From Vicugna vicugna (taxonomy: Eukaryota), in contig MU061579.1 of the NCBI GenBank assembly GCA_013265495.1, positions 2,787,319 through 2,851,318 on the forward strand: a DNA stretch of 64,000 nucleotides, in the 5' to 3' direction. Of this stretch, positions 25,991 to 39,358 are shown in pieces (position 1 is the first letter of the stretch; each line of letters opens with the position of its first letter). A program made the translations under genes and the position numbers. The notes below the pieces were generated by a model. That model was given only the letters and a program-made list of their open reading frames with translations. It was not told the DNA's origin and searched no databases.

Positions 25991-27399
25991 TTGAACTGTG
26001 CTCTTAACGGCAGCACAATTCTTGGACTTGAACTTGAGACTTTGGTGGTTTCCTGTCATGTGGATAGCCTCAGTGTTTCAAAAATTGGAATAAATTCAAC
26101 TTAATATGAACCTTTTTTGTTATTTTTTATTGAAGCATAGTTAATTTACAATGTTGTGTAATCAATCACTCTTAATTGTACCACCTAATTGTAAGCAGAA
26201 CTGTCTTCTTTAATATTCTCTGATGGAGCCCAATTGATCACTTGAATATACTTCTACATAATATTTGAATGTCTTCCATAGAATCTTCACCAAATGGATT
26301 TGAAACTGCTTGTGGGTGCAGAGATAAGATACAAAAACAAGATTTAACACTTACTTGTAGACTTTAGAAAATAATCAGGACATGAAGAGGAGTAACTCTG
26401 CCAACAAAACATTGACATCCAGAGTGTATAGAAAATATTCTATTTGAATGTTTTATTTTTAACTAACCTTTAGTTTTATACTTGCTCCACACTGACCTAA
26501 GGGTACAGTTTGGATGTGCTGTAGTCTTCTTTCAAATTATTTACATGCCCCAAATGATAGCATAGAAACCAAAAGGTCTATTGTGAAATCCTTACATAAT
26601 TTCTTGCCTGTCATAAAGAATAAAGAGAAATGAAAATAGCTACCCACTGGATGATACAGTATAAAATGCTAATCTTTCATTTTTCAAGATGAAAGTTGAA
26701 AGATGTGGGATGTATTGAAAAGCCACAGCTTACATTAAAAAAAAAAGAGAGAGAAAATCACTAAATGCAGAGCACTTTAAGGTTTAGAGCACATTTTAGC
26801 ACATGTGGAGTTTTGATCCTCCAACTCAAAATTTATAAGGTGAGAAAAATGCTTCTGCAAATAAACTGAGAGTCAGTAGATCATTTTGGGTTTTAATTCC
26901 ATAACCAGAACCAGATCAAAACTTTATAGAGAAAATCAAGACATCAACAATCAATGTGAAAACAAAACCACACAAAAATTATGATGTGACTACACTATTG
27001 GCATCGTATGTGGAAAAAATTATCATTTTTTTGTCAATATATTTTAAAAACTAAAATTCCAATATGTCCCTTGGAGTTCTTAGAATATTTGTTACTATCA
27101 ATATACATGTAGGTAATTAAGTGGATGAAAGACATGATGACCAAAAAGAGAAAGGAACACTGGTAAGCCACAGGCTAAAGGACTGGATTAATATTAAAAT
27201 GTTTACAGTGTTCTGGGGGGAAGTTGGATAAACAGTGGCCCAGATTCTTCTAGTAGAGACAGCTTTTCCCCAAGATCATCTACCTCACATCTAACTTCTG
27301 TTTTATCCATGAATTTTTACTTTTCTTCAATATTAGATACAAAAATATTAATAAAGTAGGATTAAACATTAAAGAAAATGTAATAATCCATTTAAAGAA

Positions 27400-28020
27400 G
27401 AGGAAATAGTAACATTAAAATCACCTTATATACATATCTCATTCTTTCTCCACATCAACAGTAACCATTAACTGAATTTTGAGCTTATCATTTTAATTTA
27501 TTTTTTAGAGTTTTACTACTTAGGTCTATATCAGTAGAAAGTCTACCTAATTTTGGAGAACTTTGTAGAAATGAAATCATTTGCCTTTTTCTCTCAATGC
27601 TGTTTCTAATGTTCATCCATGTAGTTGAATGCAGCATTAATTCATTTTTACATATGTGTAGAATTCTACTGATTAATGATATCATTATTTATCCACTATA
27701 CTCATGATGGTGATTTCCAGGTTGTTTTCACCCAAACAGTGAGATTGGATATTTTTATACATATTAGGGGTGCATACACATAGGTGCTACTCTAAGTATA
27801 AATGTAGGTGTAAATTGCTTATGTAAAAGTTATTTATATATTTCATTTTATAAGTTAATGCTAAATTATTTTCCAAAGTGGTTACCCTAACTGATACTCA
27901 CAGTGTATGGTATTGGTAAGTTATCTCATTGCTTCATATTCTCTATAGCATATTATTGTAGTTTAAATTTTTTGTCAATCTGGTGTTTGCAAAATGGTGC
28001 CCATTCTGGATTATTATTTA
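27400..28020 (-). mobile_element. L1ME-type 3' region
   Basis: gtaaccatt..ttcatccatgtagttgaatgcagc..ttcatttt..tttccaaagtggtt..tttttgtcaatctgg. Confidence 0.7.
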
Positions 28021-28139
28021 ACATCCTTCATCACTTGACTCTCCTCTTCTCTTTTGTTTTTCCCTTCCTTGTCTTTTTTTGGGCAGACGGTGGTGCTTGA
28101 TTGATTAAAAAATTTTTCCTCTTATTCCATTTTTCTCCT

Positions 28140-29290
28140 TTTTTCTCCTTTTCTTTTTATTATTATTCTAGTAATTTTAACCTGACACTTTAATATATCA
28201 AACTCTATCCTTCCTCCACATATTTCAGGAATGTTGGAACAACTTAATCACCCTCCAATTTATAAAATTATATTGTCATGAATTATTTCTATTGTTTTAT
28301 AAACTCTCAAGACATTATCATCATATTATACAACTAATTGGATTGTCCATATGCGTACTTTTATCCTTATTCATCTTATAATGCCTTTCACTGAAATTAA
28401 TGTTATTTTACCTAAATCATTCATATTTAGAATAATTATTCTCAATTATTACATTATATTTGCCTAAAAATTCTACACTATTAAATTCCCTGTGGATAAT
28501 ATCTGTTTTTGGTAACTCTTGAGTTTATCTGTCTGGAAAATGTCTATGTTACTCTCATTTTTTTCCCTCATATTGAAAGTTTTGTGGTTTTCTATTGTTT
28601 TATTTTTACTAGTTATAAAATTCTAGGTTGATAGTCTTTTCCTGTGTTGTGACCTCATATTCACTGGAATTTTACTAGTGAGAATTATTTTTGACCTGAT
28701 TGTGAAGAGTTTTTTCTATTTCTCAAGATGATTTATATTTCTTACTTGTAAGACTGGGGACACTGATCATCCAGGACAATTTTAAACTATATGTTGCATT
28801 ATTTCTTCTCTTCCACATTATCTATCCAGTGTGAGTTTGATTTCAAACTTGGCTTATGGTTTGACATCTCAGAAGGAGATTATTTCCCATTTATTAATGT
28901 TTTCCCCTCTACCACTAGCACAAGTGCCTAAGACAGGCCCATGTCCCCTTCTCACCAGCAGGTGCAGGGATATGGGAGTCGGTGAGTACTGCATTTCCTT
29001 CAGTTTCACTCTTAGGCCAATGATAAACTTTAGGGGGTTCTAGCTCAGGAGAAACCTAGGTTTTCCCACTTGTGTCTTTTCTCCCAATAGGAAGTAAAAA
29101 CTAAAGCTACAGATAACAGTTGGGAAGATAGCCTCAAGGTGAAAGCTGGTTCTATAGTTTACTTTTCTCTGTGAGTTTACTTAGATTTTGACCTTAAGAT
29201 TTCAATTTCTTGGCCACTGATAAAACGAAATAAATTCTTAAATGTTTAATAATCCAACATTTTTAACTGTCTCAGCATAAACTGGTTATA
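28140..29290 (-). mobile_element. Ancient L1ME/HAL1 5' and ORF1-side relics
   Basis: tgtctggaaaatgtct..tataaaattctaggttgatag..tttcc and old 5' UTR-like segments. Confidence 0.4.
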
Positions 29291-31175
29291 GTCAGCTATA
29301 ATTTTTGAAATAAAGTTACTGCTATAAATTTATATGCTTCAATAAGAGTTTTTATTTTCCAAACCTGAGTGGTTACAAAATATGGAAGATTGGAAAAAAA
29401 ATCTTTATAAAAATGTGAACTTGTTGGACTCATGTTTATTTTTTTTTACACTAAGAAAAGTGAGGTACAGGCAAGGAAAAACTGAGAAACCCATTCAAGA
29501 ACCTAATATATGTGATTTTTAGTATACAGAGTTTTGGGTTTTTTTTTTTTTTCAATATAGAAATAGGAAAAAAGAAAGAATATAGAGTAATTTCACTGAA
29601 AAAATGTTCCCAACTCAGACTGCATAATGTGCCAACATCACACTAACAGGTCAATTTTTGAAAGTAAAACAGCCCATGTAGATCAGAATTCAGGATAACA
29701 AGTAGAACTGCTGAGAAAAATAAGGATTTAGCTGGGGACCACCTGGAGTGGTCAAGGTGGGCGCAGCACTTGTGATGGAACAGAACTGTGGATGCAGACC
29801 AGACCAGACCAGAAGGACTCTCCAGTTTTTTTCTCTCTTCCTCTTTTTTTTTCCCCCTTTATTACTGGATTGCTGACACTACTTATGGTGACCAGAAAAG
29901 TAGCAGATCAGCAGGGAAATCAGTCACTGATGAACTGACCTTATTTACATGTCTCTGCTTTTTCCACTATAAGTAGGGCTCACACTTTAGGTTGAGAAAA
30001 TTATTAGCATTCTGGAACTTCATCTAAGTTCTAGAGGTACAGCTGAGTGCCATCCCAGAAGGGTCAAGAAGGTTAATTCTGAGATAGATGAGGTGTTTTA
30101 TTATTTTGGGATTAAAACATCACTTTTACAACCTTAACTGGACTAAAGGAGAAAGAGGAAAAAAAGGATAAAGAGAAAAAAATACGTATTTAAGACAATT
30201 TAATGATGGCTTTATAGCAGTATGTATATACATAGCAGAATGCATCCAGTCTATGTCCTATTGTCCTCATGACTCCCTTTATGCACATAACTAATTTGCT
30301 AAGTTTTTGTTTTAGTTTTTTTGCAGAACATCTGTAGGTCTGTCTTTCATCAATTTTCCTTAAGATACTTTCTAGATTGATTTTGGAGTCACACATCTAA
30401 TTAAATAGGTATAAAATGTTTTCAAATTTCTACCTTTATTATCTTATTTATGGGAAAATAGTGGAAAAAGTAAAAGTAAAAACCGGGAACAAAAATTGCT
30501 GTTGTAAAAGCTCTCTGAATTTGAAGGCCTTGATTCAATTATCTTTAGGGAAATTTCAATGCTGAAGAATTTATCTTGGTAAGAAGGTTTCCTTTTGACA
30601 ATCAGCACTATTAACAGCACAGCTTTTAGCTCTATTGAGACACAAGAAATATTGGGCAGCTTACATATTCCTCATTTTCAAAGAGAAATCGCTAAATAAC
30701 AGCCTTTCAGAGATTGCATTCTTTGTCAGCCTGGCATTGGAAAAAACAGCAATAATGTTTCAGATGTGTATTTTTTAAAAAAAAATACACTGGTTCAATA
30801 TTCAGACTAATAAGGTAGTTTCAAAACTTCAAGCAGAGTGGAAATAATCATACACCTCATTCTTAAAGTGCCCCAACTTCCTTTTTAAGTTCAGTGTTAC
30901 AGCTCTGTTCTTTGTGTGTCATTATTTATGGCCTATACTGATGTGGTACTGAAATATAAGACATCAATAACAAATATATTTAAATTAAATTTGAATGTGC
31001 TATTATTGATATTTTATATTACAGAGAGTTTTGTATTAGCTTGATAAAAACATGCTTTCTCTTTCTTAATACCAAGTCCTTAAAATACTTGGTTGTTATG
31101 GTTAGAATCTATTTTTAGTTTTTTTCTAGAAAAGTATACATGTTTATGAAAGAAACAGCTTATCCTATTGATTTG

Positions 31176-34004
31176 GAAAAGGTCAGTCAGCATAGGCTGA
31201 ACTCCTCTGTAATAACAAACACCCTCCAAAAATCTCAGTGACTTGAAAACCATGAAGTTTTGTTTCTTGCTGTCAGTCACCCCCATTTAAGCTCACTCGG
31301 CCACTCTGCTCCCCATCCATAGTCATCTACAATTTATGGGCACCATCTCAGATCTTACTGGTCACTATTCCAGAGTCAAAGGAGGTTGCACCTCTGTACT
31401 TCTGCTTATGACTCAAAAGCCATATCCAGTTACTTGACTATATCCACCTAGAAGTGGGTTAAAAATAAGTGCATCCTACTAAGTTCTTAAAAGAGAAAGA
31501 ACCAGAAGCATTTGCTGAATAGCACTTATAACCACCACAACAAAGATTTCTGAACATCAAATAGCCAATTCGCTCTCCATTCTGCATAGAATACATATTT
31601 ACTCGCTTACTCAGAATAAACTTGTAAGCGTTCACAAACCTCAATATTAACCCAAAAGTTGAGAATCTTTGGATGACGCATGTCGATCTGTGTATGCAAG
31701 TGATGTGCCAAATTCTCTATCTTAAAATCAGAAATGACTCACCTTGATCCAGATAAATACATGTTATCTGACCCCCACAGCCCAATATGTGATGGTCTAA
31801 CAAATATTGGAAAACTGCAGTCAATTCTCTTACATAGAAAAAGGAAAGTGTGAGACACAGCACAGCTGCAGCAATTCTGAAATGATCGATGGGCTAACTT
31901 TTTGAGGTATCCCTACCCTAGTGATGAGGAATATTTTTGCACATTCCCCGATTCTACTTTGTGGGCTGAGTTCCTCAGTCTATTGCTCTCTGTGGCTTTT
32001 TGCACCTCTTTCAGAGATTTTACGCTTTGTTATGATTCTTGGCCACAAGTTCAAACTGGAGGAATATATCCTGCTGGGGGCTGAGTAGCGTTCTCAGCCT
32101 GATTTCTTTCCGGAGAAAGGTCATTTTAAGCTTTGGACAGTCATAATTAGTTGCGGGGGGCCACTCATGACCTGAGGGCTGCCGAGCACAGAAACTGGGC
32201 CTAAACTCCCAGAGTGCGGGGCGTCAGGCTCTAAGGCTGACTGAGCAAAGACAATCTCTGTCCCGCCACCCCTTTGTTAGAAAAACAGCAGGTGCATTTG
32301 GAGTCGGAAAAACATCTTGATGCCATTGAGTTATTAAGAACAGGGGCTTCTGGAAAGAGAGATATAGGTCACACAAGTTAGTGATCTTAGTAACAATCAC
32401 CTGAGTTACCAATACACAAGTTACATAAGTTAGTGATCTTAGCGACAATTACCTGAGTTACCAATACACAAATCTTAGCCTAGAGGAACAATACAGTAAT
32501 CAATAATGTTAGCTCATGGGGAACGGTTAGTCTTGATTGATGAGAAATATAAACAATAATGATGTATGTAACTATGCACAAGTTACTGATTTTAGTACAC
32601 ATTGTTAAGAGATCATAAAAACAATCCGTTACCTACGATACTGTTGCCTATGGGTTAAAAGCATATAAATTAACTGCTGGAAATAAACACGAGGTCCACT
32701 CTTGACCTAGCGTCTTGCGGGCTAGAGTGAGACCCTCTCCCCCAGCTTTTAGTCTTGTCTTCCTTTTAGTCTTGTCTTTCTTTTCTCAGTCCTGCAGCAC
32801 AGATTTCTGGACCTGATCGATTGTCGGCTGGCTCCGACAATTAGTCTAGGTTATGGTTATTTTGGGACTACATCTCTTTCAATAACTTGCCTTTTTTAAC
32901 AATTGGAGTCCAATCAGTTCCACGTGCCAATGACTGCAACCCCAGTTCTGTTTGAGACACACTTCTTTCTTTTGACTTAACCCCAAATAACTTGAGTTTA
33001 CCAGCTTGAGTGGGTCCCAGCTTGAGTGGGTATGTTATACCATTAAATAGTTTCCTAAACAATTCTTTTAACAAAAGGAATTTTGGGGGAACAATATCGA
33101 TTCTTTCAGAGGTTTTAACAATCAGTGTAATGGGTCTCCAACTGATGTGATCTTTCTGCAAGGTACACTTTAACTGACATTTTTCTTTATGTTTTCATTT
33201 TAATATTCATATCCTTGGGGTCAAGAAGCTGTAGCCACTTCCAGCTTAAATTTTTCTCTATATCTGAAGTATCTTTGTATATCATTTTTCCCCTGCTTTC
33301 AAATGGCCTAATTATTCACTGAGGTCATTTATTAATTGCAATATCTTGTCAAATGCAGCTAATGGCATCCAACATTGACTGCTATCATTCTAATGTCCAG
33401 TGTTTTTTCTGCACATGACAACATCTTCATATATATTCTGAATTTCAGACTATCTCAGGTGGTCAATTAACCGAATGTTCTGCCACTATGTTACACAGAT
33501 TTCCATTTTTCAGTTTCCTTATCTTCAGATGACCCGTCCTTAAGACACTCGTGTGTTTAGGTTTGTTTGTTTTCTTCAGCAATATCTCTTTCCTGGTTTT
33601 GATTTCTGTGTCACGTGCGATAGACTAGGTTATGCCATGGCAGCAATCAATCCTCAAATCTTGTGGCTCAAGCAACAAATATTTTAATTTGCTCATTTTA
33701 CTTGTTCATCATAGGTCAAGAATTCTGCTACTCATGTCACTCTGAGACCATGGCTGACAGAAGAGCAGACACTTTGAATTATTTCCTGTGACCAGGCGAG
33801 AGTCAAAATGGAGCTCTGAAGGCTCTCACCTTGACACTTAAGTGTTCTGCCCAGAAGTTCTCATTTTTGCTAACAAATCTTTGGTTAGAGTTAGTCACAA
33901 GTCTTTCCCCACCCTCAGATCAGGCAGGAAGTGAATTCTTATTCTGAGGCAAGAGAGAGGGAAAAACTAAAAGAAAATTATGAGCGGCACTAATGTCACC
34001 TATA
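31176..34004 (-). mobile_element. Two-LTR MaLR element (MLT1I-like LTR, internal region, LTR)
   Basis: Same-orientation LTRs at ~31176-31539 and ~33607-34004 (aaatctcagtg.ctt..tgaatagcact..accaca). The inner junction reads gaaatcaaaaccaggaa on the minus strand, like the MaLR internal start. Confidence 0.75.
32152..32839 (+). mobile_element. Young ERV2 (betaretrovirus-like) solo LTR, 688 bp, nested in the MaLR internal region
   Basis: TG...CA ends; perfect 6-bp TSD ATTAGT (32146-32151, 32840-32845); TATAAAT 32664; AATAAA 32683; many intact CpGs; terminal hairpin TGTCGG..CCGACA. Confidence 0.92.
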
Positions 34005-34189
34005 TATGTATTCTGTGATGCTCATAAATGCAAAGATCATATATAGGATTTTAAAAATATCAGTGTATCTTTTTGAATTAACTCTTCTTGTGGTTGGCTT
34101 TATTCCTTTGTAAGTTTAAGAAGCTAAAGTTCTAAATGTTCTTAGATACAATGAACAGTACATATATGTAAATTAAAAAATACACATGC

Positions 34190-34721
34190 ACTAAAAAAAA
34201 AGATTTATCAAGCCATGAAAGACATGGAAGAAACTTAAAAAACTAAATGAAAGAAGCCAGTCTGAAGAGGCTACAAACTGTACAATTCCAACCAAATGAC
34301 ATTCTGGAAAAGGCACAGCTACAGAAATAATAAAAAAGATCATGGTTTCCAGGAGTTTGGGGAAAGGGAGAGAGGGAGGTATGAATAGATGGAGCGCAAG
34401 GGATTTTTAGGACAATGAAAATATTCTGTATGATACTATAATGGTGGCTACATGTCATTATGCATTTGTCAAAACCCATAGAATGTACAACATCAAGAGT
34501 GAACCCTAATGTAAATTATGGAATTTGGTTGATAATAATGTGCCCACGTTGGTTCATTGTTGTACCAAATATGCCACACTGATGAGGGATGTTGAGGGTA
34601 GGGGAGTATATATGTGTGGGTGGGGAGGGCTGTGTGTGAACTCTGTATTTTCTGCTCAATTCTGCTGTGAACCTGAAACTGCTCTAAAAGAATAAAGTCT
34701 ATTAAAAAAAATAAAAAAGAA
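34190..34721 (+). mobile_element. L1MC1-like 3' end with A-rich tail
   Basis: caagccatgaaagacatgga..tgacattctggaaaaggc..tttgtcaaaacccatagaatgtacaacatcaagagtgaaccctaatgtaa..aataaagtctattaaaa. Confidence 0.9.
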
Positions 34722-35229
34722 TAAAAATATCAGTGAATTATGGGCAACATAGATACCACATGCAAACATTTGTTTGAAACTACAACAAGTTGTCTAATCC
34801 AAAAAAGTATTAACTAGTAAAGTGCTGGAAAATAACAGTCACCAAATTCATAAAACGTTTTCAGTTAGATGATAAGTTAAAAGGTTCCTGTGGAGATAAA
34901 TATCAGTGCTCCAATAGAGTAGGAGGTATTTTTACATTTAGGTGGTTCAGAAAACCTTGCTCATAACTAAATAGGGATATTTTCAACAGAATTAACAGTT
35001 GACATCATTGACGAAAACAAAAATGCTTAAAGATGTTGGTTAAGATGGATACTACCAGCATGACAATGGTCCAGTTAAGATGGAAAGACCACTTAAAACT
35101 GGTCATTTAAAAGATTAGATACAGCAGTAAGCCATAGGCTGTTTACCTCTTGGTAGCTCCATATTTCAAACACTTAATGATTCCCTGGGCATAAGAACTT
35201 ACTCCTTTGTTTCAATTAATACTGAAGGC

Positions 35230-35600
35230 ATTTAATTCAATTCAATAGATAAACTATTCTGTGTCTCTGTTTTTGGTCTGGTGGCTACACAACATCAAAC
35301 CATACAAATAGCTAAGACCCTCAAGCAATTCAAAGAGTAGCATGGAGGGGGAGAGAATCACAAAGTGATATTAATATATAGAATGTGAGTGGTACAAAAT
35401 GGCCTGGAGATTCAGCAGTGAGGAGTACTTTGAAAGAATCAGAAAGTGACTTCTGCAGGGTGTACAGTTTGGATACTGAAATTGAAAATGGATATAATGT
35501 CAATGCACAGAGATGAACCCTAGTCTGGGAAAGAAAGTCAAAGGCAAAGGGGCAAAGAAGGTTGTGGAAACGGTAAGTAGGTCAGCTGGGCTGTAGAGAG
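35230..35600 (-). mobile_element. L2 fragment
   Basis: atttaattcaattcaa..ccctcaagcaattca..gaatcagaaagtgactt. Confidence 0.4.
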
Positions 35601-35961
35601 AAGCAAATATAAGGAAACACTGGTTCCAAAAAAGTGCATAAAAATTATGTAGAGGCCAGTTATGACATTTGCGCAATACCTGAATAAAGTTTTTTGTCCT
35701 GGTTGACCCTCTTCGCTACCTAAATCCCCACTGCTCATTCTCCCCTCTTGACCACTAAAGTATCTACATCACATCAGTTGCAATACAATTATGAACGGTA
35801 TTGGTTTGTACATGTGTGGATAAATGTTTAATTTTTGCCCTTCTGATGGCTAGAACTCTCTATAGATTTTCTTATATGCTCATGTTATATAGCAAACTAT
35901 TGACTATTGACTGATGTTTAAAATGTTAAAATTGCTGTATAAAATATATTTCAGGGCCCAC

Positions 35962-36142
35962 CACTTATTCCTTAAAATACAATTTTATTGGAACACAGCC
36001 ACATTCATTTATGTCCTGTCTGTGACTGTGGTCATAATCCAATGGGAGAGGTGGGTAGTGGAGACAGAGACCATCTGCTCTGCAAAGTCTCAAATGTTTA
36101 CTATATGTCACATACCAGAGAAAGTTCACCAAACCTCTCTTA
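35962..36142 (-). mobile_element. MER58A-like DNA transposon
   Basis: ttttattggaacacagccac..acagagaccat..gcaaagtc..atgtttactat. Confidence 0.8.
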
Positions 36143-37044
36143 TCTAGTGCATTTATAAATGGGATCAATATGTAAAAAATATTTTTGCACACATTTTTAT
36201 CCTTATTAACAATGATTATGGATACTTCTATTTTATAGCTTCTGAAATAAAGAAGATAAGATTTATTACACATTACTTTGAATCAGTCTTTTTACTATAC
36301 AACTTTTTAGATCATTAGTGTCAAAAAGAAGGCTAAGAAAAAAAAACAAAAAGAAGGCTAAGAAACTAAGGACTGACAATTATTTAATGAAAAAAAAATC
36401 AACATGTATTTAAGATTTAGTTATCTAATTGAAAGAGATTCGGATGATCAAACTGTTAAGTGCTAAAGCAACTGATGTTTTTCTAAAATACTCTATTGGG
36501 ATTTAAGAGTTTGTCTAACCAACATGCCACCACATCTACTTAAGTTTCCTCTAAGGAAAGAAAATATACTTACAAATGTATCAATTAGGCAGAAAAGGCA
36601 GAAAACCTGTTTACTTTATTGATACAGCTATTCTTACTGACTTAAGCATAGCTATGGTAAAGACAAACTTCTGGTCTTAAAATTTAGAGTAAAAATAGTC
36701 GTTGTTTAAGAATTTCACAGATTCCCCGTAAGACCCTAAAACCACAGCGTTTGGGAGAAGTGAGCTCTGATCACACGAAAGATAGTTATGGAAACATTAG
36801 AACATTTACTGATGAGGGTTTGCATGCATAGGCTGTAATTAATATTTGTATCTCTTTAGATTTTGCTCCACATTGTAGTGTATGACAAAATATTTTGTTA
36901 ATTTTATTTAATATTTTAATATTTAATTTTCTGTAAGTAAGTCAGATAAAGAAACCTAATGTTGATAACAAAAGGTATAATTGAAAGAATAATGTGCTGG
37001 TATCTACTCACAGTCAATTAGCACTCAGGATAATTGAACTTTTA

Positions 37045-37282
37045 GACAGTGAATGGCCAAGTGCACAAGCTCTAATTAGATAACCCTAACCTGAAATCCT
37101 GGTTCCTTCTCCTTATTAGCTGTGTGGCCTTGATAAATTTGGGGATCTTCTGAGCCTCAGTTTCTTTATATATAAAATGAATTTAATAACAAGACCTAGC
37201 TCATTGGCTTGTAATTATGTTTAAATGAGATAATGAGCACTTGGGAGAGAATCAGTACTAAATAAATGTCTTAATTGTTGTT
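37045..37282 (+). mobile_element. MIR SINE
   Basis: ttattagctgtgtggccttg..tctgagcctcagtttctt..taaaatg..ttaaatgagataatg. Confidence 0.85.
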
Positions 37283-38914
37283 GTTTTCGTTGCTATGGTC
37301 CCTATGTATCCAGTGGCAGATTATGTTAATTAGGAGCATTATTCCTAGAAAGAAATAACGTGATTGGTTAAAAAAGAAATAAAACAAAAACCACAACCTG
37401 GCAATACATAGCATAGTCATGAATCTAGTTAGAAAGAGAAAATCCTTGTAAATAAATAATCTTACTTCAAGTTCATTTTCTTTTTATGCTCAATCCACCC
37501 ATATATTTTACTATTACATTCTTTTAAAATTCTGTCTCTAGTTGTACTATTATTTTTAACTTTAAATTAAACTTAAAAATATATTCATTAATAAGCACCT
37601 GCAAAATGTGCTACACACAGAAGATACAGCAAAGCAAAAATTACCCTTTTTAATTTAAAATGAGATCAACTTCTCCAGAAAGAAATTCATTCAAATGTTA
37701 TTTTTAAGCACTCCATATAATGAGTAGCATATCTATTTTTTTTGACAAATAGTAAAATATATTGATATAACTTTCAAAAATGAAAAAAGTTAAATAGAAA
37801 AGGATATGTACTAAAGTTAACTGATTATAGCTTTTTTTCATGTTGTGCCTTTTGAAGATTTTGAACGAATCATGTCTCTGTATTCCTTGAAATTGAAAAA
37901 CATGAAACACCAAGTCTTTCTCACATTATAATATTCCCAGTTTTAACTTTTTAAACTCTAATGAAAAGAATATGATTACACTGAAAAACTTATGAACAAC
38001 AGAGATTAATAGTTCAATACAGAGTAATTTATTTTCACAATATATGGATAAAACACACACACATCAAACTGGGAATGTGCTCTCTATGTAGTTCTCTTCT
38101 TTTCAACTGCTGGAAAATTAACTAATTGGAAACATTTTGAGGATTAATTGGTGAATGCTCATAGTTCATCAGAGAGACATTTTAATATGCTCATTACGTT
38201 CTTTTGAACCTGATGTCAGTTCAATTTTCTTATAGGGATCACTAAACGAGGAACTACATTAAAATAATCTTAAAGCCCAGATTAACCTTTTTCGGTTGAT
38301 ATGCTTTGGAATTCATTAATCACAAATTAACAAAGTAGACAAGTTAGCAAACAAAGAAATCCTTGTTGCATTACACAAGGGGCCAAGTTGCAACCACCAT
38401 GATAAATGTCTGGATACATGTGTATATCTAGAGGGGACAGGTGGAGAAGGTGTCAACATACCTGATTTAGAGTTAAATTTACTTTCTTTACATTATAAGC
38501 TAAATCAAAGCCCATTTTTTCTCTTTAGACTCAGAATTTTTCCAAAGTAAGGGGGAAAGTCCTAGCTGCTTATTCCAAAAACTGGAAGTACATCACCATT
38601 GGGCTAGAATTGTGTCAAGAAGATACAAATCATGTGGAATGTACCATTGACAAAGACAGCATCAATATGCAGTCATTTCTTTGGCCACTGGCGTGATTGA
38701 CTATGATGGCTTCATTTTGGTCAGGCTTGTGGACGAGATGATGGCAAAAATAACTGTAGGTTTCTGTTCCAATACAAGTGAGTCCTAAAAAAAAAAAGAA
38801 AACCAAACCAAACCAAACCAAAACAACAGAGTAGACAGATTTCTGTGTAATATATTTGCACTGCTATTGGGCAATTTTTATAGAACAAATATACCTGCCA
38901 TTCATTTGAATTAT

Positions 38915-39358
38915 GTTTTTTTAAAACATTTTACTAAGATTATGTTTTTAGAGCAGTTTTATGTTCAGAGCAAAATTGAGAGGAAGGTGCAAAGATTTCC
39001 CACATGATCCCTGCCCCAACACATGTACAGCGTCAAGTAACTCACAATTAAATATGATGTTAGCTATAGTTGTTTTGTAGATATTATTTGTCAAGTTGAG
39101 AAAGTGCTCCTCTATGCCTAGTTTTCTGAGAGTTTTTGTAAAGAATGTCAGATTTTGCCAAATGTCTTTTCTGCATCTGTTGATATTATCATGTGACATG
39201 ATGTGATAATCTACCACATTAGCCTGTTTATGTGGTGGATTATGTTAATCAATTTTTGAATGTTGAACCATCCTTGCATACCTGGGATAAACTCATCATG
39301 ATGTATACACTTTTTTTTAATACACTGTTGAATTTGATTTGTTAATATTTTGTTGATT
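38915..39358 (-). mobile_element. L1MC fragment: ORF2 RT segment fused directly to the 3' terminus
   Basis: ORF 38948-39217 contains KTLRKLGIEEHFLNLTNNIYKTTIANIIFN (L1 ORF2 RT); 38915-39035 is an L1MC 3' terminus. Confidence 0.85.

Noticed and set aside
32371..32474. CRISPR-like or satellite array
   Set aside because: Only two adjacent units with no spacers, inside a retroviral U3 in a mammalian genome.
38948..39217. Reverse-transcriptase-like ORF as a gene
   Set aside because: Short, frameshifted L1 ORF2 remnant fused to 3' UTR.
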